Of a stretch of 64,000 bases of DNA, positions 42,241 to 55,114 are shown one piece after another. The notes under the pieces are model-generated. The model worked only from the letters and a program-made list of their open reading frames with translations, was not told where the DNA came from and made no database searches. Position numbers and translations under genes: made by a program. Source of the stretch: Eledone cirrhosa (taxonomy: Eukaryota); contig OZ024762.1 in the NCBI GenBank assembly GCA_964016885.1, positions 26,722,001 through 26,786,000 of the forward strand, read 5' to 3'. Position 1 is the first letter of the stretch. Each line of letters begins with the position of its first letter.

Positions 42241-42285
42241 CACGAATATATAATTATAAATATATATATTAAAATATCAGATTAA

Positions 42286-42336
42286 AGTTTAAGCAAAGAA
42301 TCGCTGCTTTCACGCTTAACGGGATCTTCTGAAACT
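42286..42336 (-). ncRNA. Family B hammerhead-like motif (CAGAAGA core)
   Basis: Minus strand: agttt-CAGAAGA-tcccgttaagcgt-GAAA-gca-gcgattctt-tgc-TT-aaact. Confidence 0.6.
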
Positions 42337-42479
42337 ATAAAAATCAATCTGTGAACGCAGAAGTAAATATTTCGAAAAACGTTACACACTATATATATAT
42401 AGAGGAAAGGGGTAAAAATTCTTCGTACTCCTGGAGATGAAGGTTGCACATTTTTTCGGGGAAATTTTATATCGGTAAT

Positions 42480-45400
42480 ATAACTTACTCGGTCCTCAAT
42501 GTTGCCATTGACTGACCGGCGGTCAAAAATAATACAGATACAATATAGACACAAACACATATATATAGTTTATCATAAATCTTTCGTTGCATATTTGCAA
42601 CATCCTCCTGTTGTATTGTATGTCTACGCCATTTTTATTCAGTCTGTCTATATATTTATTTATTTATTTGCTTGTTTGTTTATTTTATTTTGTCTTCTTT
42701 GCGCATGCGTTTGCGTGAGTGTATAGTGTTTTGTTTGCTGTGTGATGGGTGACTAGTGTGTGTTTATGTGCTTGTTGATATTGTGCTTGTGTATGTATTT
42801 ATTTATTTATTTATTTATTTATTTTATTTTATTTACTTATTTATACTTCTCTTAGGTCAGTGTTGTTTGTTTGGGTGTTGTTGTTATTCCATTCATTCTT
42901 TCTGTTTAGCCTTGGTCTTCTAATTTCTATTTCACTGGCCTCTTTGATTTGCCTATCTGCTGGGTCATTTCTATGTTTAGATATTATTCTAATTTCTATG
43001 TTGTCTATGTTACCGTCATGTTGTTGTCTAGCATGTTCGTATAGTACTGACCCGTTTTTTCGTCCTTTTAGTTCCCCCCAGTGTGGGTCTATCCTTTCAC
43101 CTATGCTACAAGCTGTCTCACCTATGTATGTTGTTGTCATATTTCTGCAGGTACCCTCTGTACATCTTATGCTATAGAGTACGTTTCTAGTTTTACAGTT
43201 TATCCGGGGGTTCACCTTACATATGATACATTTCTTATTGGTACAGTGGGTTTTCTTAAAAGGGTAGGTTTTGCTGATCAGGGATTTTATGGTGGTTCCT
43301 AGCTTTTCTACCACCTTTATTTTTAAGTGGGTCTTTCTCAGGGCCTTTCTACACTGGTTAGCTAATTTTCCTCCAGGGGTAGCGTCCACAAACATGACAC
43401 TCTGGTATCTCTGGTTGTCGTACCATGAGGTGGCTTTCCCTATCTTATGTCTAGCCCTATCTAAACTATTCCATGATTTGCTCCTGTATAATGGGCAAAT
43501 TCCTTTCATATCGAGTTCTATGAGGGTCTTATACTTCTCCATGGCTCCTTCGTATACTCTGACTCTGTCTCTTTGGTTGTAGCCAGAGAACTGCATGCGA
43601 TTGATAAAGTGTTGGATGTGTCTTTCCATTTCTGTTGGGTCGCACATGCGGGACACATTCTTCATCACCCGTACCAAATCTGCGATCACAATATTAAACT
43701 TAGCACATACTGGACATTGCTGAGTTTTTGAGTATCAGGTATTTGGAGGCCATGGGTTTAGCATAGTGTGAGTGGAGAATTTGGGCTCTTTCGTCTATAG
43801 TGTTAATCCAGAGTTCTGTGTCTAACACAGGTAGTCTACTGTTAGGTTGTTTGGAAGAGAAGTCGATAGTTACAGTTATACTCTGGTGTATTGGAATTAG
43901 CTATATGCTGGATGCTTTCCATCGTGCTACGTTCTAATTCAAACTTGTTAGTGCTCTCTAGTGGGGGTGTTCTTATAACTATATTCATATCGTCTACATA
44001 ACGAGAGTACATGATGAGGTCTATGGAGCTCTCATTAAGGAGATCTTTAAGTCTCCTTTCCCACCATACCATGAAAAGGTTGGCAACATCACCAGCTATG
44101 CTGACGCCGATGGCTGCTCCCTCATTTTGGGTGTAGATCTTCTCGTTAAACTTAAATATGTGGCTCTTTAGGGTAGTTTTGATACTAGCCCCTATTGCAT
44201 GTGCGACCATTTTTCTTACCTGATCATTGTTTTGGGGGGTCCGTATAGCTTTGGTCCACCCAATCCACCTTCCCATGGGAGTCTTTTTTGCCATAGAGGT
44301 TATAGTGGGGGGTCTACCTCTTATAGGTCTACTAGAGCAGAAACATCTAAGGTCATGGCTGTCTAGGTAGTCAGTGTCGTAGGTAAGTCTAAGTAGGAGG
44401 CCCAGTTCGTCTGTGTGGACGTCGCAGAACTCCGCCTCACTCTCAATGATCATCTCCACACATCTTTTCACAGCAAAATCAATGTTAATGGATGGGTACA
44501 GTGACACCACATCCATGCTGCCTATTATGCAGTTGGATAGGTTCCTGTTTTTGTTGCACTCACTGATTCTGCTGAGGAGGTCCTCTGTACTGTCACATAC
44601 ATCTGGGGACATCTTGATTATGGGGCGTATAACCATTGAGAGGAAGTAGGAGATCCTGTAGTTGCTAGCTATATTAGCTCCGCATACGGGTCTTGTTGGT
44701 GGTCCTGTTGTCGGGTCGTCGACTGTCTTGTGGTCTTTGCGGAGCCCATACAAGGGTGGTATGCCATTGTTAGACGCCTGGAAGTTGTTGGCAGTGCATC
44801 TGCTTGGCTTTAGGATGTCAGTCCACATCATCCTGTGAGCGTTGAGGATTTTCTCTCTCCCATCGTGTGTTTGTTGTGCAATTTCGCTCGTGTTGGTGAT
44901 GTGGGGTTGCATAGCCTTGATGTAGTTCGGCATGCTGTCTATTGACATCCTACCAGACTTATCCGTGGGTAGACATACTCCCACACCATCCCTTGTGCGC
45001 TGCTTGAGTCTAACCAACCCTTCTACAGGTTTCCTCCCAAGTTGTTGGACCTCTGGTCTGCTCTGTCCTTGGTATACCCGTCTACTATTTGTCTAATCTT
45101 ATTTCTAGCTATGGTAAACTGTGCCTCTGCCTCGTCATCTATTTGTTGTGGTATGCAAACTCTTTTATTAAAGGGTAACCTCGTAGGATAGATATTACCC
45201 ATCTTATATATTTTGTCAGCTGGGTTGAAGAATAGTTTCTCTAAGGGGTTGTCATTATATCTATCGTCATAGTTGTGTGTGTTGCTATTATTGTTATTAT
45301 GGTGGTTGTTGTTGTTCCTATCATTAGCATTATTATTATTGTTATGATTGCTAGTTGTATTATTTCTGTGATTGTTAGATGTATTGTTGTTGTTTTCTCC

Positions 45401-46690
45401 ACCGTTATTGTTGTTGTTACTGTTATTTCTACCATTGTGGTTCTTACTTTTATTATGTTTCTTGTTTTTGTTGTTGTTGTGTCTATCATTAATGTTGCTA
45501 CATATATTATTTCTATAATTACTACTGTGGTTGTTGTTGTTGTTACTCGTAATGTTACCATTATTATTACTGTGGTCGCTGCTGCTGTGTCTGTCGTTAA
45601 TGTTTCTATTATTATTATTATTATTGTGGTTGTTGTTGTTGTTGTTGTTCTGTCTATCGTTAATATTATTACCATTATTACTATTTCTCACTCTCCTGCT
45701 ATTGTTATTGTTATGACTATTACTATTATAGCTGTTATTTCTATACTCAGAGTTATTGTTTATATTACTACTATCGTTATTATTGTTGTTGTTGTCCGTA
45801 TAGTTGTTGTTGTTGTTTACTTTTGCATTCCAACGTATTTTTGTGATACACTTTTCCAGCACCGTTTTGCACTCCCGCAAGTGCGACCCAACAGAAATGG
45901 AAAGACAGATACAACACTTCAACAACCGCATGCAGTTCTCTGGCTACAAGCAAAGAGACAGAATCAGAGTATACGAAGGAGCCACGGAGAAGTATAAGAC
46001 CCTCATAGAACTGGACATGAAAGGAATTTGCCCATTATACAGGAGCAAATCATGGAATAGCTTAGATAGGACTAGACATAAGATAGGGAAAGCCACCTCA
46101 TGGAACGACAACCAGAGATACCAGAGTGTCATGTTTGTAGACGCTACCCAAACAAACAATACTGACCTAAGAGAAATATAAATAAATAAATAAATAAATA
46201 AATACATACACAAGCACAATAACAACAAACACATAAACACACACTAGTAAACTAAAATAGAATACAATAACCAATACACAGTCACCCAGACACGAACACA
46301 CACCAAACCAAACACTATACACACACGCAAACGCATGCGCAGAGAAGACAAAAAAATAAACAAATAAATAAATAAATAAGCAGACTAAATAAAGATGGCG
46401 TAGGCATACAATACAACGGGAGGAAACATAATAGCACCACTGACGATGTTGCAGATGTGCAACGAAAGAACTTTGTCAGACTATATATATGTGTTTGTTT
46501 CTATATTGAATCTGCATTTTTGACCGTTGGTCAGTCAATGGCAACATTGAGGACCGAATAAATTAAATTAACCGATATAAAAGACACAGAAGCGAAAAGC
46601 GAAAACGAACCAAACAGTGAGTGTGTTCTGTTATTAATTCTAGCAATATTATTACACAAATATGACCCTCCCCAAGTATAACAATATATA
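42480..46690 (-). mobile_element. Neptune/Nematis-type PLE with inverted 5' segment (partial ORF plus pLTR)
   Basis: RT ORF 43842-45017 (PTRPVCGA, MDVVSLYPSI, YSRYVDD), thumb/GIY-YIG ORF 42841-43689 (CTNKKCIIC, YIGETA) and N-terminal ORF 45023-45870. 45880-46690 is an inverted, deleted copy of the 3' region. Confidence 0.93.
46436..46477 (+). ncRNA. Minimal hammerhead in inverted pLTR
   Basis: acca-CTGACGA-tgttgca-gatg-tgcaac-GAAA-gaac-TT-tgtc. Confidence 0.65.
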
Positions 46691-46777
46691 TATATATATA
46701 AATATACATATATATATATATATACACACACATATATATATTTATGTATCTATATATATATATATATATATATCATA

Positions 46778-47192
46778 ATATATAAGAACAAAAGATGGTT
46801 AAAGGAGTTCCATGTATTTTATTATGCGCATTTCAAAAACAAACATCATCATGCAATAATATTTGTGTTATGAATGCTAAAAAGCACTTGTGGATAGTGC
46901 AGTTTTAAATCAACATATATTTAAATCAACATGATATGTTGATTTAAAACTGCACTATCCACAAGTGTTTTTTAGCCTTCATATCATGTCCTCCTGTTTT
47001 ATCTAATGAAAACACAAATATTATTGCATGATGATGTTTGTTTTTGAAATGCGCATAATAAAATACATGGAACTCCTTTAACCATCTTTTGTTCTTATAT
47101 ATTATGTATACTCCAGTCCTACAAACTGTAGAGTGCTTCTTATCCGATATCTGCATTGCTTTATTGTACTACAATAAAACTCACCTCCTACA
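46778..47192 (+). mobile_element. Fold-back Naiad pLTR remnant (same family as 10025-10458)
   Basis: Inverted arms and the same 3' tail. The HHR at 46996-47064 has a mutated core (CTAATGA). Confidence 0.85.
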
Positions 47193-47216
47193 TATATCTA
47201 TATATCTATATATCTA

Positions 47217-47271
<55 letters not shown>

Positions 47272-47273
<2 letters not shown>

Positions 47274-47362
47274 AAGGCAGGTAAAATTCCCGAGATCCAT
47301 GGACGAGTTCTCTCCAGCGGTCTCTGTCCCTCATTATCGCTGCCATATCCTGCATCTCCAAC
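47272..47362 (-). mobile_element. RTE 3'-end fragment
   Basis: Matches 30991-31081. Confidence 0.75.
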
Positions 47363-47598
47363 ATATATATATATATATACATCTCCAACATATATATATA
47401 TATGTGTGTGTGTGTGTATATATAATGGAAAATTCTGTTAGGAATGTATTCCTCTAATATTTATCTTGTGAAGTTTTCATCTATTAGGCTCCGGGAGGAA
47501 GCTTTGATGTAAATTCTTGAAATCGTTATTTCCCGTCAACTAATCATGTCATGTGATCTGTATCTCCATTGATGGAGAACAATTAAAATATGAAACTG

Positions 47599-47630
<32 letters not shown>

Positions 47631-47663
47631 AACATTTAATATATATATATATGTATATATGTA

Positions 47664-47703
<40 letters not shown>

Positions 47704-47808
47704 ACGAATATATACATATATATAACATATATATATATATACATACATATATATATATATATACATATATGTTATATATATATATATATAATATATATAT
47801 AACATATA

Positions 47809-47853
<45 letters not shown>

Positions 47854-47898
47854 TGTTATATATATATATATATATATAATATATATATATAACATATA

Positions 47899-47995
<97 letters not shown>

Positions 47996-48084
47996 ATCTA
48001 GTGCTCAAGCTACAGACCCGATTATACATGTACGCTAGCTTGGCAGTATTCTAAAGCTTCGTCAATGCTGTACTAAAATTAATG

Positions 48085-48153
<69 letters not shown>

Positions 48154-48161
48154 TATACGTG

Positions 48162-48218
<57 letters not shown>

Positions 48219-48397
48219 ATATATATATATTTATATATATAACATATATATATATAATATAAATATATATATAACACGTATATATATATTATATATATAT
48301 ATATATATAACATATATATCACTATAATTTAACGGAGCCACTATCTCTCTCTAGTGTGCTACCTTTTCAACATATTGTATATAACATTTATATATAT

Positions 48398-48449
<52 letters not shown>

Positions 48450-48491
48450 TAACATATATATATATAATATATATATATATAATATATATAT

Positions 48492-48690
48492 AACGAAGGA
48501 AATGTGGTAAGGAACCAGGTGGACCATAACGCACCAAAGTACTCAATACTTAGGGTAGTAGAGTGGGTAATAGGAACAAGTAAGACCCCGTCGGCTGATC
48601 TCAAGCCGTTTCGACGGCTAATTCTGGACTTTATCCAGAATTAGCCGTCGAAACGGCTTGAGCTCAGCCGTCGGGTTCCTACTCGTTCCT
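48492..48690 (-). mobile_element. Family A fold-back insertion in (TA)n
   Basis: Same structure as 41612-41815, with centre ctggactttatccag. Confidence 0.85.
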
Positions 48691-48706
48691 AATATATATA
48701 TATATT

Positions 48707-49631
48707 GTGAGCTGATAGAGAACAGTTTAAGGATTTACAGAAACCCAAGAAGCTAGATTTAACATCTTCCCAGCGGGTCCGGGTATGCATTTCACATTCA
48801 TTTAATTTATTGAATTATTGATATTTTTTATCTGAGTGTCCCGAATCTTCCGTTATCGTAATTTTTCGATCGTACGGTTGATTATAGACTTGTTCTATGT
48901 GTGACGGTATTTTAACGATAGTTATAGCTCTGATTTATCTAAATCAGCGAGCACTCTGCCGCTCATATCGAATTTTGTTTATCGTGAATTCGTGCGCCGA
49001 TTTTTCGATACTCGATCATTCTAATATATTTAGCTCTGGACATAGCTATCCACCAGTTAATTTTATTGTTCATTTTTTGTCGATTCTATTGAGTGATGAA
49101 TAGCTCCTGTTTATTTTAACATGTCTATTGAGCACTTTTATTCGACATGTGTATTTCCACATTTTCTCGAATAGTTTTCGCGGATGTAGAGGTTATCTCC
49201 CTTGCCGAATTCCATGTGCGTATTTAGCCTGGGTTAAGCCATTTTATCCGTTCGGACGAAGCTCGTTGAAGAAGTAAATTTCCAGTCCGCTGAATTCTAG
49301 AAGTCTTATATGTTTATATGTGAGCTGATAGAGAACAGTTTAAGGATTTACAGAAACCCATGAAGCTAGATTTAACATCTTCCCAGCGGGTCCGGGTATG
49401 CATTCCACATTCATTTAATTTATTGAATTATTGATTTTTTTTATCTGAGTGTCCCAAATCTTCCGTTATCGTAATTTTTCGATCGTACGGTTGATTATAG
49501 ACTTTTTCTATGTGTGACGGTATTTTAACGATAGTTATAGCTCTGATTTATCTAAATCAGCGAGCACTCTGCCGCTCATATCGAATTTTGTTTATCGTGA
49601 ATTCGTGCGCCGATTTTTCGATACTCGATCA

Positions 49632-49636
<5 letters not shown>
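48707..49636. repeat. 1.5-mer direct repeat (two ~318-bp copies, 613-bp period) in (TA)n
   Basis: gtgagctgatagagaacag...ctcgatcattctaata occurs at 48707 and 49320, nearly identical. Confidence 0.85.
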
Positions 49637-49679
<43 letters not shown>

Positions 49680-49680
<1 letters not shown>

Positions 49681-52600
49681 TAGTAGCTAAGACCGGTTGC
49701 ACCCAGGGCTACTTTTTATTAAGTTAATAATTTGAAAAATATTATTGAAAGTTTATTATAAAGAAGCAGTAACAGGAAAAGAAATAGAAATATGCACTCT
49801 CGGCTGGACGGCGTACAATGAGAAGTGGAGCGACGTGAAAAGGGTTGAGAGACGTTGAGTGGCGACGGAAGAGAAATGGCGGAAACTTCAAAGGTGTTGT
49901 TGCAGTGCTTCTATGTAGACAACGTTCCTGGTATTACCCGGATTACCACAAATGTAGAGATTGTGTGGACTCCTGACGCGTGAGCACCCGACGTATAGGT
50001 GACCGTGGGTAAATACCTGCTGTGTCAGATTTAGGCCAACTACTTGCAGCGACTGTCCCTGTGCCTTGTTGATACTCATTGCAAAGCAGAGTTTTACGGG
50101 AAACTGCCGTCTCGTAAAAGCAAATGGGACGTCAGAGGGACTAAGGCTTATGGGGGATAATAACTTTGTCCCGCCAGCAGACGGTCCGCTCAGAATTTGT
50201 GTCGTAAAAATGCGTGTACCATTTTTTTTAACGATCAGGCGCGTCCCGTTGCATAGTTCTGGTGGTTCCACGTTTCTTAGCAGCATAACTGGAACACCAA
50301 CCTTCAGTCTAAGGTCATGAGGTGGAAGTCCGGGAGGTTGTTGACTGTTGAGGAATTCAATCGGATTGTTGACGGCGTCGTCCGCGTTTTTGTTGGTGTC
50401 AATTGACTTGAAGGAGACTTCACCTCCTGGAATCTGATCAAGCAGGTGTTGATGCATTGCGTCAATGGTGGCATTATGTGGTGCTAAAATAACTTTCCCT
50501 TGCAGCCAGTTGTGATCAAGGAATCGTGCTTCGAGGTCTTGGAAAACAGATGACATTAATTCCTCTATGCTTGATACAAAGTTTCCAAACGGCAGACGGA
50601 TGTGCTGTTCATTGATTCCAGGTGTAGTTCCATTACCAGCTTCCAGTAGCTGTTTTGAGAAATCCTCAGATTCTGCGTCGCCATGCACATGCACTCTCAT
50701 GTTAGTAGTCAGGTTTAGTTTCTGGCCATACTACCATAAGTAGGAAGACTTGATGCATGCGTTAACTTCGTCAGCTCTAGTGATTACAGGATGAGTCTGC
50801 CGAAAATCGCCAGCCATCAGTACTGTTGCTCCACCCATTACGTGTGAATTTCGACGCAAGTCCTTGAGAGTTCGATCTAGAGCCTCAAACGCTGCCTTGT
50901 GACTCATTGTAGCCTCGTCCCAAATGATTAAACAGCACTCAGAAAGAAGGTATCCTTTAGAGTCTCCACGATTTATTCTGCAGGTAGGATTCTCCTTCTT
51001 TGCAAGGTCCATAGGCAATTGGAATACGGAGTGTGCCGTACGACCGCCATGTAACAGTGTCGCTGCAAGCGTGGCGCATGGCTTGAAGTTCTGCAATAAT
51101 GTTTCGGTCAATAAGAGAATTATTCCTGAATCTGTGGGAAAGCTCCTCATCATTCCCGCCCATGAAGAATACCTGCAAGAATTTCGGTTCCTCTCCTTGT
51201 TGTGATCGAAGGCTTCCCATTAGATGGTAATACTGCCCTTGAATTTTGTAGGTGTAGAGGTTTTCTCTCAGCCTTGTGCCGTTGTTTCGAGAAGTACTGG
51301 CGACAGCAGTGTCGTCAGTGCTTGTTCTTCTATTTCTGCCTTCCCTTACACCGAAAGATGTCATAGTGAAGCAAGCATTGTACCTCCAAATGTTGTTGCG
51401 AAAGTGCACTCCGTGGCTAGAGTTATCGATGAGAAGATATTGGAGAAAATGAGGAGGATGAGCCAACGCCGGAAATCCAACCTTGCCCCCGGAACAGCAA
51501 AGACCTGGAGCCTCACCTACCCACTTCTTAGCCTCACAGAACTGACATACCTTATCCATTTTTCCAAGAGTCATATCCGTGCGATTGGCGTAGTCATAAG
51601 CAGGATTGTAGTTGAAGCCAGCTTTTGACCAAAAGGTGTCCCTTGTAGCAGCAGCAGCAGCCTGTTCCTGACGTCTACGCCGTCTCGATGCCAGCCTGTC
51701 TTCCATTGCCTCCGCAGTTTCGATGAGAAGTGATTGTTGCCGTCGAGTGCGCAGGTCCTGTAAACGGGCCTCCCTGGCCTCCGCAGTCTCGTTGAGAAGT
51801 GATTGTTGCCGTCGAGTGCGGCGATCAGCAAGGTGAGCCTCCCTTACCTCTGAAGTTTCCGCCAAACGTGAGCGTTGTGGTTGAATGAGCTGAGAATAAA
51901 GACGCGACTCCCTTGCCTCTGAAGTCTCCTGCAGAATTGTGCTTTTGTGCTGATGGCGCTGCTCATAAGGAGAGGTTGCCTAAATGGGTTAAAAAAATAA
52001 CCGACATGGATGTGATCTATTAACTGTGTATGGGCATCTTATTCAACATTATAATGGAAAAACAATGTTAAAAGAAGAGATGAAGGCAAATTAGCCATCG
52101 AAGTAGTTATAAAAGAATAATAGCAATAACTGTAAATGTAGAAGGTGATAGTTTATTAACAGCGAAATAGCAATGTCGATGATATGCAAGTTTAAACATG
52201 CAGATTATGAAGGTTTGTATGATAGTTTACACTTTGATTGCCCTGGTCAGCAAGAGGGGCCTCAATATATTAGACGCTTATTAGAAGAGGGGGAAATAAC
52301 TAACCCCATTATTAGAACAGGGGGTTCGCAATGTAAGGGTTTTATTTCTTTTGTTAGAAAACAGTGACCTTTTTCGGTTTGGCATTTCGTAAAATTCTAC
52401 TGCAGAATCGATTTCATAAACGGTACTGTATGATCGTTATACAAGTATTTAAATTTAATATAAAGCAACTGTAATTGAAAAATGAAAATGAAACGTACTG
52501 TAGAAGGCAACAGTTTATTAACAGCGAAATAATGTTGTCTTTGATATATTAAATAAGACAATGAATATTAACAAAAAAAACTGAATTAATTAACTCGGCA

Positions 52601-53297
52601 ACCAAAGGGCTTATAGATCCCATTAATTAAGTTTACAATGAATATTTAAAAAAAATGAATGAATTAACTCGGCAACCCAAAGACTTATAGATCCCATTCA
52701 TTAAGTTTACATGCATGTATTCTTTAAACTTGTCATTTGACTTTGAAAAATACTACTTAATGTTAGTGGTGGTTAACATGTATTAGAATAAAAATAAAAA
52801 TATATCGGAAAAAACGTACCTGAGAAAACGCCTCCCTTCTTCGCAATTTAAGGGTTTTATTTCTTTTGATGGAAAACAGTGACCGTTTTCGGTTTGGCAT
52901 TTCGTAAAATGGTACTGCAGAATCGATTTCATAAAGCGGTACTGTATGTTAACAGCGAAAGAACCTTGTGTTTGATATGTTATGAACAAATTTATGAGTT
53001 TAAAAATTTGTATGAAATTGTAAATAAGACAATGATTATTAAAAGCGACTACAGAAAATAACTCATCCAAGTATTAGAACAGGGGGAAATAACTCACCGA
53101 AAGCGATAGTAAATAGACAGTTTGGGTCCCTAGAGACCACACTTTTCAAGTTAAAGATTTGAAACCTCGTCTATTTACTTCCTTGACACTTTTTACATAG
53201 GTGTGAAAATGTTCATGTCCGTCCGACCACGTCTACTAGCATTTAACCGTGCACAACTGAATTCCAAACACGACCCATTTCACAAATATATATTGGA
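49680..53297 (-). mobile_element. Helitron, internally deleted, both termini intact
   Basis: Minus-strand A|TC start at 53297 and hairpin plus CTAG|T end at 49680. Contains RepHel N-terminal and PIF1 helicase fragments. Confidence 0.9.
49888..51865 (-). pseudogene. Helitron RepHel remnants (N-terminal Zn region and PIF1 helicase; Rep catalytic core missing)
   Basis: CQFCEAKKW..CCSGGKV..YNACFTMTSFG..YKIQGQ joined directly to AATLLHGGRTAHS..WDEATM..GDFRQ..LCNGTRL..FAMSINKAQGQSL. Confidence 0.9.
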
Positions 53298-53708
53298 TAA
53301 TATATATATATATATATATAATATATATATTATACATATAATATATATATATATAATATATATTTATATACATATATATAATATATATGATATATATATA
53401 ATATATATTTATATATATAACATATAATATATATATATATATAATATATATATATATATAATATATATTTATATATAATAATAATAATGGTACTCTTTAT
53501 AGTTATGTATATACTATAAACAACTATAAACAGGAAAGGCCAGTAATTTCCTACTACCTTATTCCTCACCACCATTAACACTTCACCTCTAGGACTGATC
53601 AACCCCCACAGCATGTAAGAGAAATAGCTCAATGTAAGAACATCAAGTGTTTTACAGTGCAGGATTATAAATTACACAATTATCAAAGTTATGTTCAAAT
53701 CATTTAAT

Positions 53709-53755
53709 TGCTGACAATCGCTTCTTCCAAACTTTCGTTTGGAGTCATCGGAGCA
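53709..53755 (-). ncRNA. Hammerhead-like motif, CCGATGA (U4C) core
   Basis: Minus strand: tgct-CCGATGA-ctccaaac-gaaa-gtttggaa-GAAG-cgattg-TC-agca. The inverted copy at about 56442-56489 retains GAAA but has a damaged 5' core. Confidence 0.6.
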
Positions 53756-54496
53756 TTAGCAATGTTTGTACATATAATTAACCTCCTATTCAACTGAACA
53801 ATCATATAGATACATATATATTGATGTTGTGAGCCACAGTTTCGTATTTACAGGGTGTAATGGATGCGACATATATTATACGAGAATTGTACAAAAATTC
53901 AAATTAAAGTTAAAAGCACAGAGTGAAATACATGCGACAGATAATACAAGAGAATAGTCTAATAATTAAAGAGGCATTGAGAAAGAAGCATTGAGAAAGA
54001 ATGAGTACATTAGCAGTACATATGCAAGCGTGTAGAAAGTGCACATGCGTTAGTCATAAATGAGAAGGAAATAAGCAAAGGTATTATGCATATATAGATA
54101 AATAAATAAATACTGTATGGCAAGCAAATGTGTTAATGTATTAAAATCTATGGTGGATGTAATAAGTAGATAAGTGTTCAAATTTGTGTGTGTTGAGAAA
54201 ATCAAAGTTATTTTAGTCTTTTCCATTACATATGTTAAATTATATTTTAGTTAATGTTTATATTTAATCTTGTAAATTAGTTACAGCAATGGATTGTAAA
54301 TTGGTCTTATTGTATTCTTATTCATGGATTAGAGATGTTCAACAGGTAGTTTTTCCAACGGTTTAATTTCCGGAAGTGAGTATGACATTAAGGGGAGCTA
54401 ATGCGTAAGGGGAGGTAACTAGCTAATTAAATTCAATTATTTAAATTATTACCTCTAATACACATTATATTGTGATACAAGTGAATCTCTATGACA

Positions 54497-54620
54497 TAAT
54501 TGTTTCTACTTTTGTCACAAGGCCAGAAATTATCCGAGTGTATTACAGGTACTTTATTTAATCGACCCCGTAAGGATGAAAGGAAAAGTTAACCTCGGCG
54601 GGATTTGAACTCAGTCCGTA
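54497..54620 (-). mobile_element. SINE, 5'-truncated, nested in the Naiad 3' UTR
   Basis: B box and central domain are present. Confidence 0.8.
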
Positions 54621-54705
54621 AATGTTATATATTTATACTTAATTTTAAATACAGTCTATTTTCCTATAATATTATTAAAGGTCTGATTAGATTGTTATCT
54701 ATCCA

Positions 54706-55114
54706 CAACTGGTCCGTTTCTTCCGATATCATTTCGGACGAAGGATCAGGATGCAGAGAGAGGTACTGCACCCCAGCCGTTTCTATGAAAGATGGGTGAA
54801 AGTGGCGGGAATGGCCCGTGTGAATGGGCCTTCACTCTACATCAGACTGTAGGTGAGAAAGATGAAAGATCAAGAGAGCACCCTCTCTCTGTGCTCCTGA
54901 GATAGGTTGCACACTTTTTTAGGGGGTGGGTGCAACACCCCAAGGCGCCTCTTCCCTATTGAGGATTTTGTTATTCAATTTATTTTTGTTATATTTTATA
55001 TTTCATATTTTTATATTTTGTTATTGCCTCCTCCTTAATGAGGACGCCTTTTAAACTCCCCCCCCCATTATACTTGTCCCACTCTTTGATGCCCTGGTGG
55101 CAAATAAAAAGAAA
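54706..55114 (+). mobile_element. Tx1/L1-like LINE 3' fragment with 12-bp TSD
   Basis: TSD gttatctatcca at 54694-54705 and 55115-55126. C-terminal peptide QLVRFFRYHFGRRIRMQREVLHPSRFYERWVKVA..., then AATAAA and an A-rich tail. Confidence 0.75.
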
